From: Vicinamibacterales bacterium
GTDB lineage: Bacteria > Acidobacteriota > Vicinamibacteria > Vicinamibacterales > UBA8438
Length of the DNA stretch: 64,000 nucleotides
Strand: one strand, 5' to 3'
Assembly (NCBI GenBank): GCA_963663815.1
Contig: OY760734.1
In this document: positions 47,309 to 55,598 of the stretch, piece after piece
Numbering within the stretch: position 1 is the stretch's first letter
How the letters are laid out: each line of letters begins with the position of its first letter
The notes under the pieces: model-generated
What the model saw: the letters and a program-made list of their open reading frames with translations, nothing else
The model's database searches: none
Told to the model about the DNA's origin: nothing
Position numbers and translations under genes: made by a program

Positions 47309-48792
47309 TGACGGCACCGACCGAAGATCGGCACAACGGGCAAGCGACCCGCCGGCCGGGGGGCGAGCGGGGGAATCGGCACCTTCCTCCCAGCATCGCC
47401 GCATTCGTGCTCCTGTGCGCCGCCTCCCTCGCGCTGGCCGTCGGCTACGCCTGGTGGTCCGCGGCGCGCCGCGCGAGCTTCGTTCGGGAAGTCTCCCTGC
47501 CGCCTATCGGCAGTCTGGCCGAGCTCGAGGTGCCACTCGCGGGGGAGGGTTCCACGCCGCCCGTCGGCGAGGATCCCGCACCGCCCGCGGGGGTGGGCTC
47601 GGCGCTGCCCACGAGGTCGAGTGCGACGTCGCCCGAGGCGGCAGCGCGTTCCGCGCCGCTCACTGGGACGGGTGCCGCGACGCCCGCGGGGACGGCGGGT
47701 TCCGCACCACGCCCGGAGGCTCCACGCGGCGACCCGGTGGCCCCGCACCCGGCGACCGATCGACCGCCGGGAGACCGGCTCGGAGCCGCTGACCGGTCCT
47801 CGCAAGCGTCGGGTCCCGGTCCGGCGGCGGATGCGGACGGTCCCACGTCGGGAAGCGACGACCCTGCGCCGGAAGCGGGGGGCCCGCCAGAGCCGAACGT
47901 CGCTGACCACCGGGCCGGCCGCGACCTCCTCTTCCGCCACACCGGGCTGGACGAGAGCTTCGGCGTGGCGAGCGTCGAGCGACTTGGCGCCGGCGGACGC
48001 CGCGCGACGCCGCTGCGCTGCGACCGGGTCGACTTCGCGGGCGAGCGCGGCGTCTGCCTGACCACCGACCGCTTCTACACGACGCACGCGATCATGGTGT
48101 TCGACGGCGCGTTCGAGCCGCTGCACCGGCTGCCGCTGCACGGCGTCCCCAGCCGCGTGCGCCTCGCCCCCGACGGCCGGCTGGCCGCGGTGACGGTGTT
48201 CGTCTCCGGCCACTCGTATCTCGACGAAGGCTTCTCGACCGAGACCAGCATCGTCGACACCTACTCCGGCGAGCGCCGGATCGCCAACCTGGAGGAGCTC
48301 CGCGTCTACCGGGACGGCGCGCCGTTCCGGGCCATCGACTTCAACTTCTGGGGCGTCACCTTCGCGGCCGACGGCGACCGGTTCTACGCGACCCTCGGCA
48401 CCGGGGGGACCACCCATCTCGTCGAGGGACGCGTCTCGACCCGCCGCGCGGAGGTCGTGGTCGAAGGCGTCGAGTGCCCGTCGCTGTCGCCGGACCAGAG
48501 TCGCCTCGTCTTCAAGAAGCGCCTGCCGCTCGCGACAGGGCTCGGGTGGCGGCTCCACGTCATGGACCTGCGGTCGCGCGCGGTCACCCCGCTCGCCGAG
48601 CTCCGGTCCGTGGACGATCAGGCCGAGTGGCTGGACGACTCGACGATCCTGTACGCGATCCCCGACCCCTCCGCACCCACCCCGATGGTGACCGACGTCT
48701 GGCGGGTCCCGGCCGACGGCGGCGGCGCGCCGAAGCTGCTCCTCGAGGGCGCGTCGTCGCCGGCCGTGCTCCGCCAAGCGTCTGCGCCGTAG
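47305..48792 (+). CDS. Membrane-anchored TolB-like beta-propeller protein with Pro/Ala-rich linker
   Basis: ATGA overlap; N-terminal TM; PSRVRLAPDG, NFWGVTF, ECPSLSPDQSRLVFKK and DDQAEWLDD motifs. Confidence 0.75.
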   Translation: MMTAPTEDRHNGQATRRPGGERGNRHLPPSIAAFVLLCAASLALAVGYAWWSAARRASFVREVSLPPIGSLAELEVPLAGEGSTPPVGEDPAPPAGVGSALPTRSSATSPEAAARSAPLTGTGAATPAGTAGSAPRPEAPRGDPVAPHPATDRPPGDRLGAADRSSQASGPGPAADADGPTSGSDDPAPEAGGPPEPNVADHRAGRDLLFRHTGLDESFGVASVERLGAGGRRATPLRCDRVDFAGERGVCLTTDRFYTTHAIMVFDGAFEPLHRLPLHGVPSRVRLAPDGRLAAVTVFVSGHSYLDEGFSTETSIVDTYSGERRIANLEELRVYRDGAPFRAIDFNFWGVTFAADGDRFYATLGTGGTTHLVEGRVSTRRAEVVVEGVECPSLSPDQSRLVFKKRLPLATGLGWRLHVMDLRSRAVTPLAELRSVDDQAEWLDDSTILYAIPDPSAPTPMVTDVWRVPADGGGAPKLLLEGASSPAVLRQASAP

Positions 48793-48935
48793 GACGGCGC
48801 GGACTCCCGCAGTCGCGACGCGGCAACCGCATTCCCGCCACAGCTCTCGCCCGCCGCAGCCTCTACGCACACGTCGTGCGCCCCACGGATCGGCCAGCCG
48901 GGCTGCACCGGAACACCCTAAGCGGCGCCTACGTA

Positions 48936-48980
48936 TTGACAACCGATAGGACTTGACCATAATCTATCGGATGTCGATAG
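48936..48980 (+). promoter_or_regulatory. Sigma70-type promoter (TTGACA-N16-CATAAT) with overlapping palindrome CTATCG-N5-CGATAG, candidate PadR operator
   Basis: -35 at 48936-48941, -10 at 48958-48963, palindrome 48964-48980, and an extra CCGATAG half-site at 48943-48949. It lies upstream of an operon encoding PadR. Confidence 0.65.
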
Positions 48981-49047
48981 GAACAACCTGGACAACGCCG
49001 CGGCCGCGTGAGGCAACGTCGCCATCGCCAACGTCTCGAGGTAGCCA

Positions 49048-50301
49048 ATGGACATCTCCCGACCCAACGCCGCACGCAGGAAGAAGCTCCGCCAGGCGCT
49101 GTATGCCGCGACGGCGGTCATGGTGATCGTCGTCGTCCCGGTCGGCGTCTCGCGCCTGGAGCCGGCGGCGCCTCGGGTCGACCGCGACAGCGTCTACATC
49201 GACACGGTGCAGCGCGGACCGATGATTCGGCAGATTCGGGGCGCCGGCACCCTGGTGCCCGAGCAGATCCGCTGGATTCCGGCCACCACCGACGGCACCG
49301 TCGAGCGGATCGTCATCCGGCCCGGCGCCCCCGTCGCGCCCGACACCGTGATCCTCGAGCTGAGCAATCCCGAGCTGGAGCAGTCGACGCTCGAGGCGCG
49401 GCTGAACTTCGAGGCGGCCGAGGCGCGCTACAGCAACCGGCAGGTGGAGGTGCAGCGCGACCTCCTCGACCAGCGGGCGACGCTGGCCACCACCGAGGCG
49501 CAGCTCAAGTCGGCCCGGCTGCAGGCCGCCGCCGACGCGCGGCTCCACACCCGGGGCCTCGTCTCGTCCATCCAGCTCCAGCAGTCGCAGTCGGACGAGC
49601 AGGAGTACGGGACGCGCTACGCGCTCGAGCAGGAACGGCTGCAGATGGCCACCGACACCGTCGAGGCGCAGCTCGCGGTCGAGCGGGCCGAGGCCGACCG
49701 CCTGCGGACGCTGTACGAGCTGCGGCGGCGGCAGGTCGCCGCCCTGCGCGTGCGGGCCGGCCTGTCCGGCGTCCTGCAGCAGGTGCCGCTCGAGGAAGGG
49801 CAGCGCATCACCGCCGGCACGAACCTGGCGCGGGTGGGCGACCCGACGGTGCTGAAGGCCGAGCTGCGCGTGGCGGAGACCGAGGCCAGGGACGTCCAGA
49901 TCGGCCAGACGGCGGCCATCGACACCCGCAACGGTGTCGTCGCGGGGCGCGTCACCCGCATCGACCCGGCGGTGGAGAACGGGACGGTGACGGTCGACGT
50001 CGCCCTCGACGGCGAGCTGCCGCGCGGCGCCCGCCCCGACCTGACGGTCGACGGCACGATCGAGCTGGAACGCATGGACGACATCCTCTTCGTCGGCCGG
50101 CCGGTGTTCGGGCAGGAGCAGAGCGAGGTCAGCCTGTTCAAGATGGAGGAGGACGGCGCTCATGCGTCCCGAACACGCGTGAGCCTCGGCCGCGCCTCGG
50201 TCAACACCGTCGAGGTGCTGGAGGGCCTGCAGCCGGGCGACCTCGTGGTCCTGTCCGACACGTCGAGCTGGGATCGGTTCGACCGGGTCCGCATCGAATA
50301 G
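49048..50301 (+). CDS. Efflux periplasmic adaptor (membrane fusion protein, HlyD/MacA-like)
   Basis: N-terminal TM, lipoyl/barrel halves (GTLVPEQIRWIPA..GTVERI; VRAGLSGVL), long coiled coil, and GLQPGDLVVLSD. Confidence 0.92.
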   Translation: MDISRPNAARRKKLRQALYAATAVMVIVVVPVGVSRLEPAAPRVDRDSVYIDTVQRGPMIRQIRGAGTLVPEQIRWIPATTDGTVERIVIRPGAPVAPDTVILELSNPELEQSTLEARLNFEAAEARYSNRQVEVQRDLLDQRATLATTEAQLKSARLQAAADARLHTRGLVSSIQLQQSQSDEQEYGTRYALEQERLQMATDTVEAQLAVERAEADRLRTLYELRRRQVAALRVRAGLSGVLQQVPLEEGQRITAGTNLARVGDPTVLKAELRVAETEARDVQIGQTAAIDTRNGVVAGRVTRIDPAVENGTVTVDVALDGELPRGARPDLTVDGTIELERMDDILFVGRPVFGQEQSEVSLFKMEEDGAHASRTRVSLGRASVNTVEVLEGLQPGDLVVLSDTSSWDRFDRVRIE

Positions 50302-50366
50302 CCCGTCTCCCGTGCCGCGGGGGACGCGCCCCGAGAAAGAGCGTCACTGTGAACGGAGGCATCCCA

Positions 50367-52148
50367 ATGAGCCAGAACCAGCTCTCGTGCCAGTTTGGAC
50401 TCCCGGACCGGGGGGTGATCTCGTCGACTCGGGCTCGTGCTCTCGCATTCGCGCCCCTGATGGCCGGTCTGATGATGGCGGCGGCGGCGCGCCCGACCTG
50501 CGGCCAGGGCCTCGACACCGTTGCCGACGCGCGGGTTGCCGGAGCCGCACGCCTCGCCGGTCAGTCGGCGCAGCCGGCCCGCCGTTTCGAGCTCACGCTC
50601 GGCGATGCCGTCCAGCGTGCTCTTGAGCAGAACCTCGACATCGCCGTCCAACGCATTCACCCACTCGTGCAGGACATGCAGGTCGCTGCCGCCGGCGCGG
50701 CGTTCCTGCCCTTCGCCTCTTCCGGCTTCGACTTCAACCAGGCCACCGCTCCCAACCGCTCCGTGTTCGACGGCGGCGGGCTCGGCGGCCGGTCCATCGT
50801 CACCGACCAGGGCGCCTACGACCTCGGGGTCGGGCAGGAGATCAGGTGGGGCGGCGGCCGCTACGACCTCACATGGAACAGCACGCGCGAGGAGTCGACC
50901 AACATCTTCTCGACCTTCAACCCGAGCTTCGGCGCGAACATGACGCTGCAGTACACGCAGCCGCTGCTGCGCGGGTTCCGCACCGACAGCCGGCGCACGC
51001 AGCTCGCCGTCGCGCGCATCGGCCGCGACATCTCCGACATCGACCTCGAGGAGACCGTCGTCAACACGCTGGCCGACGTCAGCCTCGCCTACTGGGATCT
51101 CGTCTATGCACGCGCCGCCCTCGACGTGCAGAGGCAGGCGCTGGCGCTGGCCGAGCAGTTCGTCGAGGACAACCGGTTTCGGGTCGAGGTCGGCACGATG
51201 GCGCCGATCGACGTCGTGCAGGCGGAGTCCGAAGCCGCGGCGCGACGCCAGCAGCTGGCGCAAGCGGTCGAGGCGCAGCGCACCAACGAGCTGGCCCTGA
51301 AGGAGCTCATCGTCGCGGGAACGTCCGATCGACTGTGGAACGCGGAGATCCACCCGACCGACCAGCCGCGCATCGAGGCCCTGCCGATCGACCTGCGGCA
51401 GGCCATCCAGGCGGCGCTCGACCGCCGCACCGACATCTCCCGCGCGCGACGGCAGCTCGACATCAACGAAGCCACGGTCCGCAATCTCCGCAACAGCGCC
51501 CTGCCGGCGCTCGACTTGATCGGCAGCTATCAACTCACCGGCCAGGGCGGTCCCCAGCTGATCCCCGCCGGGAACAGCTTCGAGGACCTCTTCGGAGGCA
51601 CCGGCGGCGTGCTCCCCGGCGGCTACCGCGACGCGCTGGGCAGCATAGCCAACGCCGACTACCCGGTATGGAGCGTACAGCTCCGGATGAGCTACCCGCT
51701 CGGCCGGAGCGCGGACCGCGCCGCGCACGAGCGGGCCCGCCGGGAGCTGCAGCAGAACGAAGCCCAGATTCGCCGCATCGAGCTTCGGATTGCGAGCGAG
51801 GTCACCGCCGCGGCGCTCAGCATCGAGTCGATACAGCAGCGCATCGAGGCCGCGACGGCATCGCGGGAGCTGGCGGAAGAGCAGCTCCAGGCCGAGGAGA
51901 GCAAGTTCGAGACCGGCCTGTCGGCGAACTTCTTCGTCCTGCAGTCGCAACGCGATCTCGCGGCCGCGCAGGACGCCGAGCTGCGCGCGATTCTCGACTA
52001 CCAGCGCGCGCTGATCGAGTTCGACCTGACGCAGCGCGCGGCCCTCGGCGGCGCCGGCATCGCCGTGATCGGCGGTGCGGCAATGCCCGGCGTCCAGGCC
52101 CCGGAATCCCGTCTGAGGTCCGGAACCTCTCTGCCCGCAGGACGTTGA
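50367..52148 (+). CDS. TolC family outer membrane efflux protein
   Basis: GGAGG RBS; LTLGDAVQRALEQNLD, YTQPLLRG, AYWDL and QAEESKFETG..ANFFVLQSQRDL motifs. Confidence 0.92.
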   Translation: MSQNQLSCQFGLPDRGVISSTRARALAFAPLMAGLMMAAAARPTCGQGLDTVADARVAGAARLAGQSAQPARRFELTLGDAVQRALEQNLDIAVQRIHPLVQDMQVAAAGAAFLPFASSGFDFNQATAPNRSVFDGGGLGGRSIVTDQGAYDLGVGQEIRWGGGRYDLTWNSTREESTNIFSTFNPSFGANMTLQYTQPLLRGFRTDSRRTQLAVARIGRDISDIDLEETVVNTLADVSLAYWDLVYARAALDVQRQALALAEQFVEDNRFRVEVGTMAPIDVVQAESEAAARRQQLAQAVEAQRTNELALKELIVAGTSDRLWNAEIHPTDQPRIEALPIDLRQAIQAALDRRTDISRARRQLDINEATVRNLRNSALPALDLIGSYQLTGQGGPQLIPAGNSFEDLFGGTGGVLPGGYRDALGSIANADYPVWSVQLRMSYPLGRSADRAAHERARRELQQNEAQIRRIELRIASEVTAAALSIESIQQRIEAATASRELAEEQLQAEESKFETGLSANFFVLQSQRDLAAAQDAELRAILDYQRALIEFDLTQRAALGGAGIAVIGGAAMPGVQAPESRLRSGTSLPAGR

Positions 52149-52165
52149 ACCCAACAGGAGATCCC

Positions 52166-52501
52166 ATGTCCCGCACCGACCTCATGCGAGGCACCCTCGA
52201 CCTGCTGCTCCTCCGCGCGCTCATGACCGGACCGTACCACGGGCTCGGGGTCGCGCGCCGGGTCGAGCAGATCACGGAGGGGGCGTTCCGCGTCAACCCG
52301 GGCTCGCTCTTTCCCGCACTGCACCGGCTCGAACAGAAGGGCTGGCTGACCTCGGAATGGGGACGCTCCGAAGCCAACCGCAAGGCGAAGTTCTACGAGC
52401 TGACCGCCGCCGGGCGCCGGCACACCGAGGAAGAAGCCCGCAACTGGAAGCGCGTCTCGGTCGCGATCGAGCTGGCGTTGCGCGACGTAGAAGAAGCCTG
52501 A
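52166..52501 (+). CDS. PadR family transcriptional regulator (acidobacterial type)
   Basis: GTLDLLLLRAL...HGLGV...GSLFPALHRLEQKGWL.SEW..SEANRKAKFYELT. Confidence 0.93.
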   Translation: MSRTDLMRGTLDLLLLRALMTGPYHGLGVARRVEQITEGAFRVNPGSLFPALHRLEQKGWLTSEWGRSEANRKAKFYELTAAGRRHTEEEARNWKRVSVAIELALRDVEEA

Positions 52502-52547
52502 CGTCCATCGCTTACCGGCCCCTGGGCATCACGCGGGAGAAGTCGTC

Positions 52548-55217
52548 ATGAACCGCTTGCGCATCTTCGCCGTTCGACTGCTGAATCTTGTCCGCCGCGG
52601 GTCCCTCGAACGCGAGCTCGATGCTGAGCTCCAGGCGTACGTGGAGCTGGACGCGGCCGAGAACATCCGGCGCGGCGTGGCGCCGAAGGAAGCGCGCCGC
52701 ATGGCGCTCGCCCGTCTGGGAGGCCTCGACATGGTCAAGGAACAATGTCGCGACGTACACCGTTTCCGTGCCCTCGACGACCTGTGGCGGGACTTCCTGT
52801 TCGGGTTCCGCCGCCTGCGCGCGCGCCCGATTCTCGCTGGCGTGGCGATCGCGGTCCTGGCGATCGGCATCGGTGCGAACACGGTCATCTTCGCGCTGCT
52901 CGACGCTCTGCTCCTGCGTCCGCTGCCCGGCCCGGACCCCCATCGCCTGGCCGTCGTGTTCACGAGCGATTCCTCGAGCGGGCAGCCGAGCGCGAACTCG
53001 TATCCGGACTTTCTCGACATTCGCGAGTCCACCGGCGACGTGTTCGAGCAAGTCACCCTGGCGTCTCTCAACCCTGTCGGCGTCCGCATCGGCGGAGGAG
53101 ACCCCCGGGTCATGTCCGCCCAGATAGTGGAGCCCAACTACTTCGATACGATGGGGTTGAGGCCGGTCCATGGGCGTGCGTTCGAGGCGGCCGAGACCAG
53201 CCCGGTCGCCGTGATCAGCAACGGCGTGTGGCTCTCGGAGTTCAGCGGCGATCCGTCGGTGCTGGGCCGCGCAATCACCGTCAACGGGTTGCCGTTCACC
53301 GTCGTGGGCGTGGCGCCCGTCGAGCTGGCGGGCCTGTACGGCGGCACGCAAGGCCTCCTCCGCGTCGACGTCTGGTTGCCCGCGGCCTTCGAGCAGTCGG
53401 TACGGCTGGGTGACGCCAGGCAGGAGCGGCGCGGCTCGCGCGGTTACGACATCGTCGGCCGGCTGCGCGAGGGCGTCGGGATCGACGAGGCCCAGGCGCG
53501 TCTGGCCGTCGTCGGTCGACGTCTTCATCAGTCGTACCCCGAGTCTTGGACGGGTCTCTCCGGGCAGCCGCGAGCCCTGACGATCCGGGCAGCGAACGAA
53601 GCACGCCTGCCCTCTTTCGCCTTCGGGCCTCTGGCCGTCCTGTCGGGACTGGTCGGCACTTTCCTGCTCATCGTCTGCGCCAACATCTCGGGCCTTCTGC
53701 TCGCCGACGCGGCGGTCCGCCGTCGCGAGATGTCGATTCGGCAGGCCCTGGGCGCGAGCCGGTTCAGACTGGTCCGGCAGGTCGCCGTGGAGAGCCTCGG
53801 TCTCGGTCTGGTCGCGGGGGGGCTGGGCGTCGCCGCGGCGGCGGTCGCCATCAGCTTCGTGACGTTGCCGGTATCGGACCTGCCGTTGCCCCTGCCCCTG
53901 CAACTGAACCTCGAGCCCAGTTGGCGCCTGCTCGCGGCCGCGCTGGTCGCGTCGTCGGGCGTCGGCCTCCTGGTGGGGTTTCTTCCCGCGCTGTACGCAA
54001 CCCGGGCCAGGCTCCGCCTCGGCCGATTCTCACAGACGAGGCTGCGCAACGCGCTGACTGCGATGCAGGCGACCGCCGCCGTCTTTCTCCTGATCATCGC
54101 GGGGGCGTTCGCGCGCAGCATCGTGGCCGCGTACGCAATCCCGCTCGGCTACGACTCGGACGAGCTGGCGCTCGTCACCGTCGATCTGGAGGCGGCCGGG
54201 TACTCCGAAGATCGCGGTCGCGCGTATCTCCGACAGGTGTTCGAGCAGGTGCCGACGGCCGAGGCATCGGAAGCGCCGTTCCTGTCGCTCCAGGCGCAGC
54301 GACGTCGTGGCATGGATGTCGACGGGTATCGGCCCCGGGCTGGAGAGGACCTGGGCGTGTACGCGAACGTCGTCAGTCCCGGTTACGTCCGCTCGATGGG
54401 GGTGCCCCTCCTTCGCGGTCGGGACCTGGAACCCGGAGAGCGAAACGCGGTGCTCGTCAACCAGGCGTTCGTCGAGCGGTTCTGGTCCGATCGGAATGCC
54501 GTCGGCAGTCGACTGCGCCGACTGACCCGGGATCAGTTGCTTCGTCAAGTACGGGGCGGTCCCGACGCACGTTCCACCGGTTCCCCGTGGTCGACCGTGG
54601 TCGGCGTGGTCGACGACGGCCATTTCGTGTCGTTTCGAGAGGATGCGGTTCCCGTCGTGTTCGAGTCCATGGAGGACGTCTACACCCCTCAGGTCACGTT
54701 CCACATCCGGGGCGCATCGGCCGAAGCGGCACGAGAGGGCATTGGCCGAATCGATCCCGGCGTGCCCGTCGTGAACGTGGCGACGATGACGGAAATGGTC
54801 GACACGGCGCTGTTGCCCGCGCGGATTGCGGCCGTCGTGAGCGGCTTCGTCGGGGCCGGCGGCCTGCTGCTCGCGTGCATCGGGCTCTTCGGCACGCTGA
54901 GCTACGTCGTGGCGCTGCGCGGCCCGGAGATCGGCCTCCGCATCGCGCTCGGGGCCCGGCCGCTGCAGATCATCCGGCTCGTCGCCGGGAGCGCGAGCGT
55001 GAAGCTGGTGACGGTCGGCGTCGTCGTCGGAGCGGGACTGGGAAGCGGTGTCTCGCCGCTGCTTCAGTCGCAGTTCTCCCGCGCCGGCGGCGTGGACCCG
55101 GTCGCGCTCGCAGGGGCGGCGGCGTGCCTCGCGCTCGTGGCATCCGTCGCCGTCGGCCTGCCGGTCTCGCGCGCCCTCCGGATCGATCCTGCGGAGGTCT
55201 TGCGCGTCGAGGAGTAG
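52548..55217 (+). CDS. ABC transporter permease, ADOP (duplicated MacB/FtsX) family, paralog 1
   Basis: N-terminal ERELDAELQ..ARRMA..LGG, LAIGIGANTVIF, CANISGLLL..RRREMSIRQALGASR, and EIGLRIALGA motifs. Confidence 0.93.
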   Translation: MNRLRIFAVRLLNLVRRGSLERELDAELQAYVELDAAENIRRGVAPKEARRMALARLGGLDMVKEQCRDVHRFRALDDLWRDFLFGFRRLRARPILAGVAIAVLAIGIGANTVIFALLDALLLRPLPGPDPHRLAVVFTSDSSSGQPSANSYPDFLDIRESTGDVFEQVTLASLNPVGVRIGGGDPRVMSAQIVEPNYFDTMGLRPVHGRAFEAAETSPVAVISNGVWLSEFSGDPSVLGRAITVNGLPFTVVGVAPVELAGLYGGTQGLLRVDVWLPAAFEQSVRLGDARQERRGSRGYDIVGRLREGVGIDEAQARLAVVGRRLHQSYPESWTGLSGQPRALTIRAANEARLPSFAFGPLAVLSGLVGTFLLIVCANISGLLLADAAVRRREMSIRQALGASRFRLVRQVAVESLGLGLVAGGLGVAAAAVAISFVTLPVSDLPLPLPLQLNLEPSWRLLAAALVASSGVGLLVGFLPALYATRARLRLGRFSQTRLRNALTAMQATAAVFLLIIAGAFARSIVAAYAIPLGYDSDELALVTVDLEAAGYSEDRGRAYLRQVFEQVPTAEASEAPFLSLQAQRRRGMDVDGYRPRAGEDLGVYANVVSPGYVRSMGVPLLRGRDLEPGERNAVLVNQAFVERFWSDRNAVGSRLRRLTRDQLLRQVRGGPDARSTGSPWSTVVGVVDDGHFVSFREDAVPVVFESMEDVYTPQVTFHIRGASAEAAREGIGRIDPGVPVVNVATMTEMVDTALLPARIAAVVSGFVGAGGLLLACIGLFGTLSYVVALRGPEIGLRIALGARPLQIIRLVAGSASVKLVTVGVVVGAGLGSGVSPLLQSQFSRAGGVDPVALAGAAACLALVASVAVGLPVSRALRIDPAEVLRVEE

Positions 55218-55259
55218 GTGCGGGGGCAATGGGTCCGGTCGAAGCAGGGGAAGGACACC

Positions 55260-55598
55260 ATGACCATGAAGAACACGCAGATCGTGCTCGTTGCCACCGC
55301 GCTGATGGGCGTGGCCGGCGCGGCCGCGGGCCAGGAAACCGAGGAGCTCGTGCGCACCATCCCGATGGAACCCGGAGGACGATTGACGCTCCGCAACGTC
55401 GAGGGCGAGATCACCGTGACCGGGGTGGACGGTGACGACCTGACGATTCGGGCGACGAAGCGGACGAGCCGACGCGGGGGCGACGACGACGCGTTGACCC
55501 GGGTCGAGATCGAGGAGCGAGGCAACCGGGTGATCTCCACCGGCGAAGACGGAACAGCGACTGGTGAGTTGGCGCCCTTCGCGGAGGAGTCGCCATGA
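55260..55598 (+). pseudogene. Truncated DUF4097 / adhesin-like beta-strand repeat secreted protein
   Basis: Signal peptide and GGRLTLRNVEGEITVTG..D...IRATK pattern. It ends after about 110 aa, overlapping the next start. Confidence 0.6.

Noticed and set aside
49008-50366. N-terminal extension giving a 1046-aa TolC ORF
   Set aside because: It overlaps the MFP gene in another frame. RBS plus ATG at 50367 is the better start.
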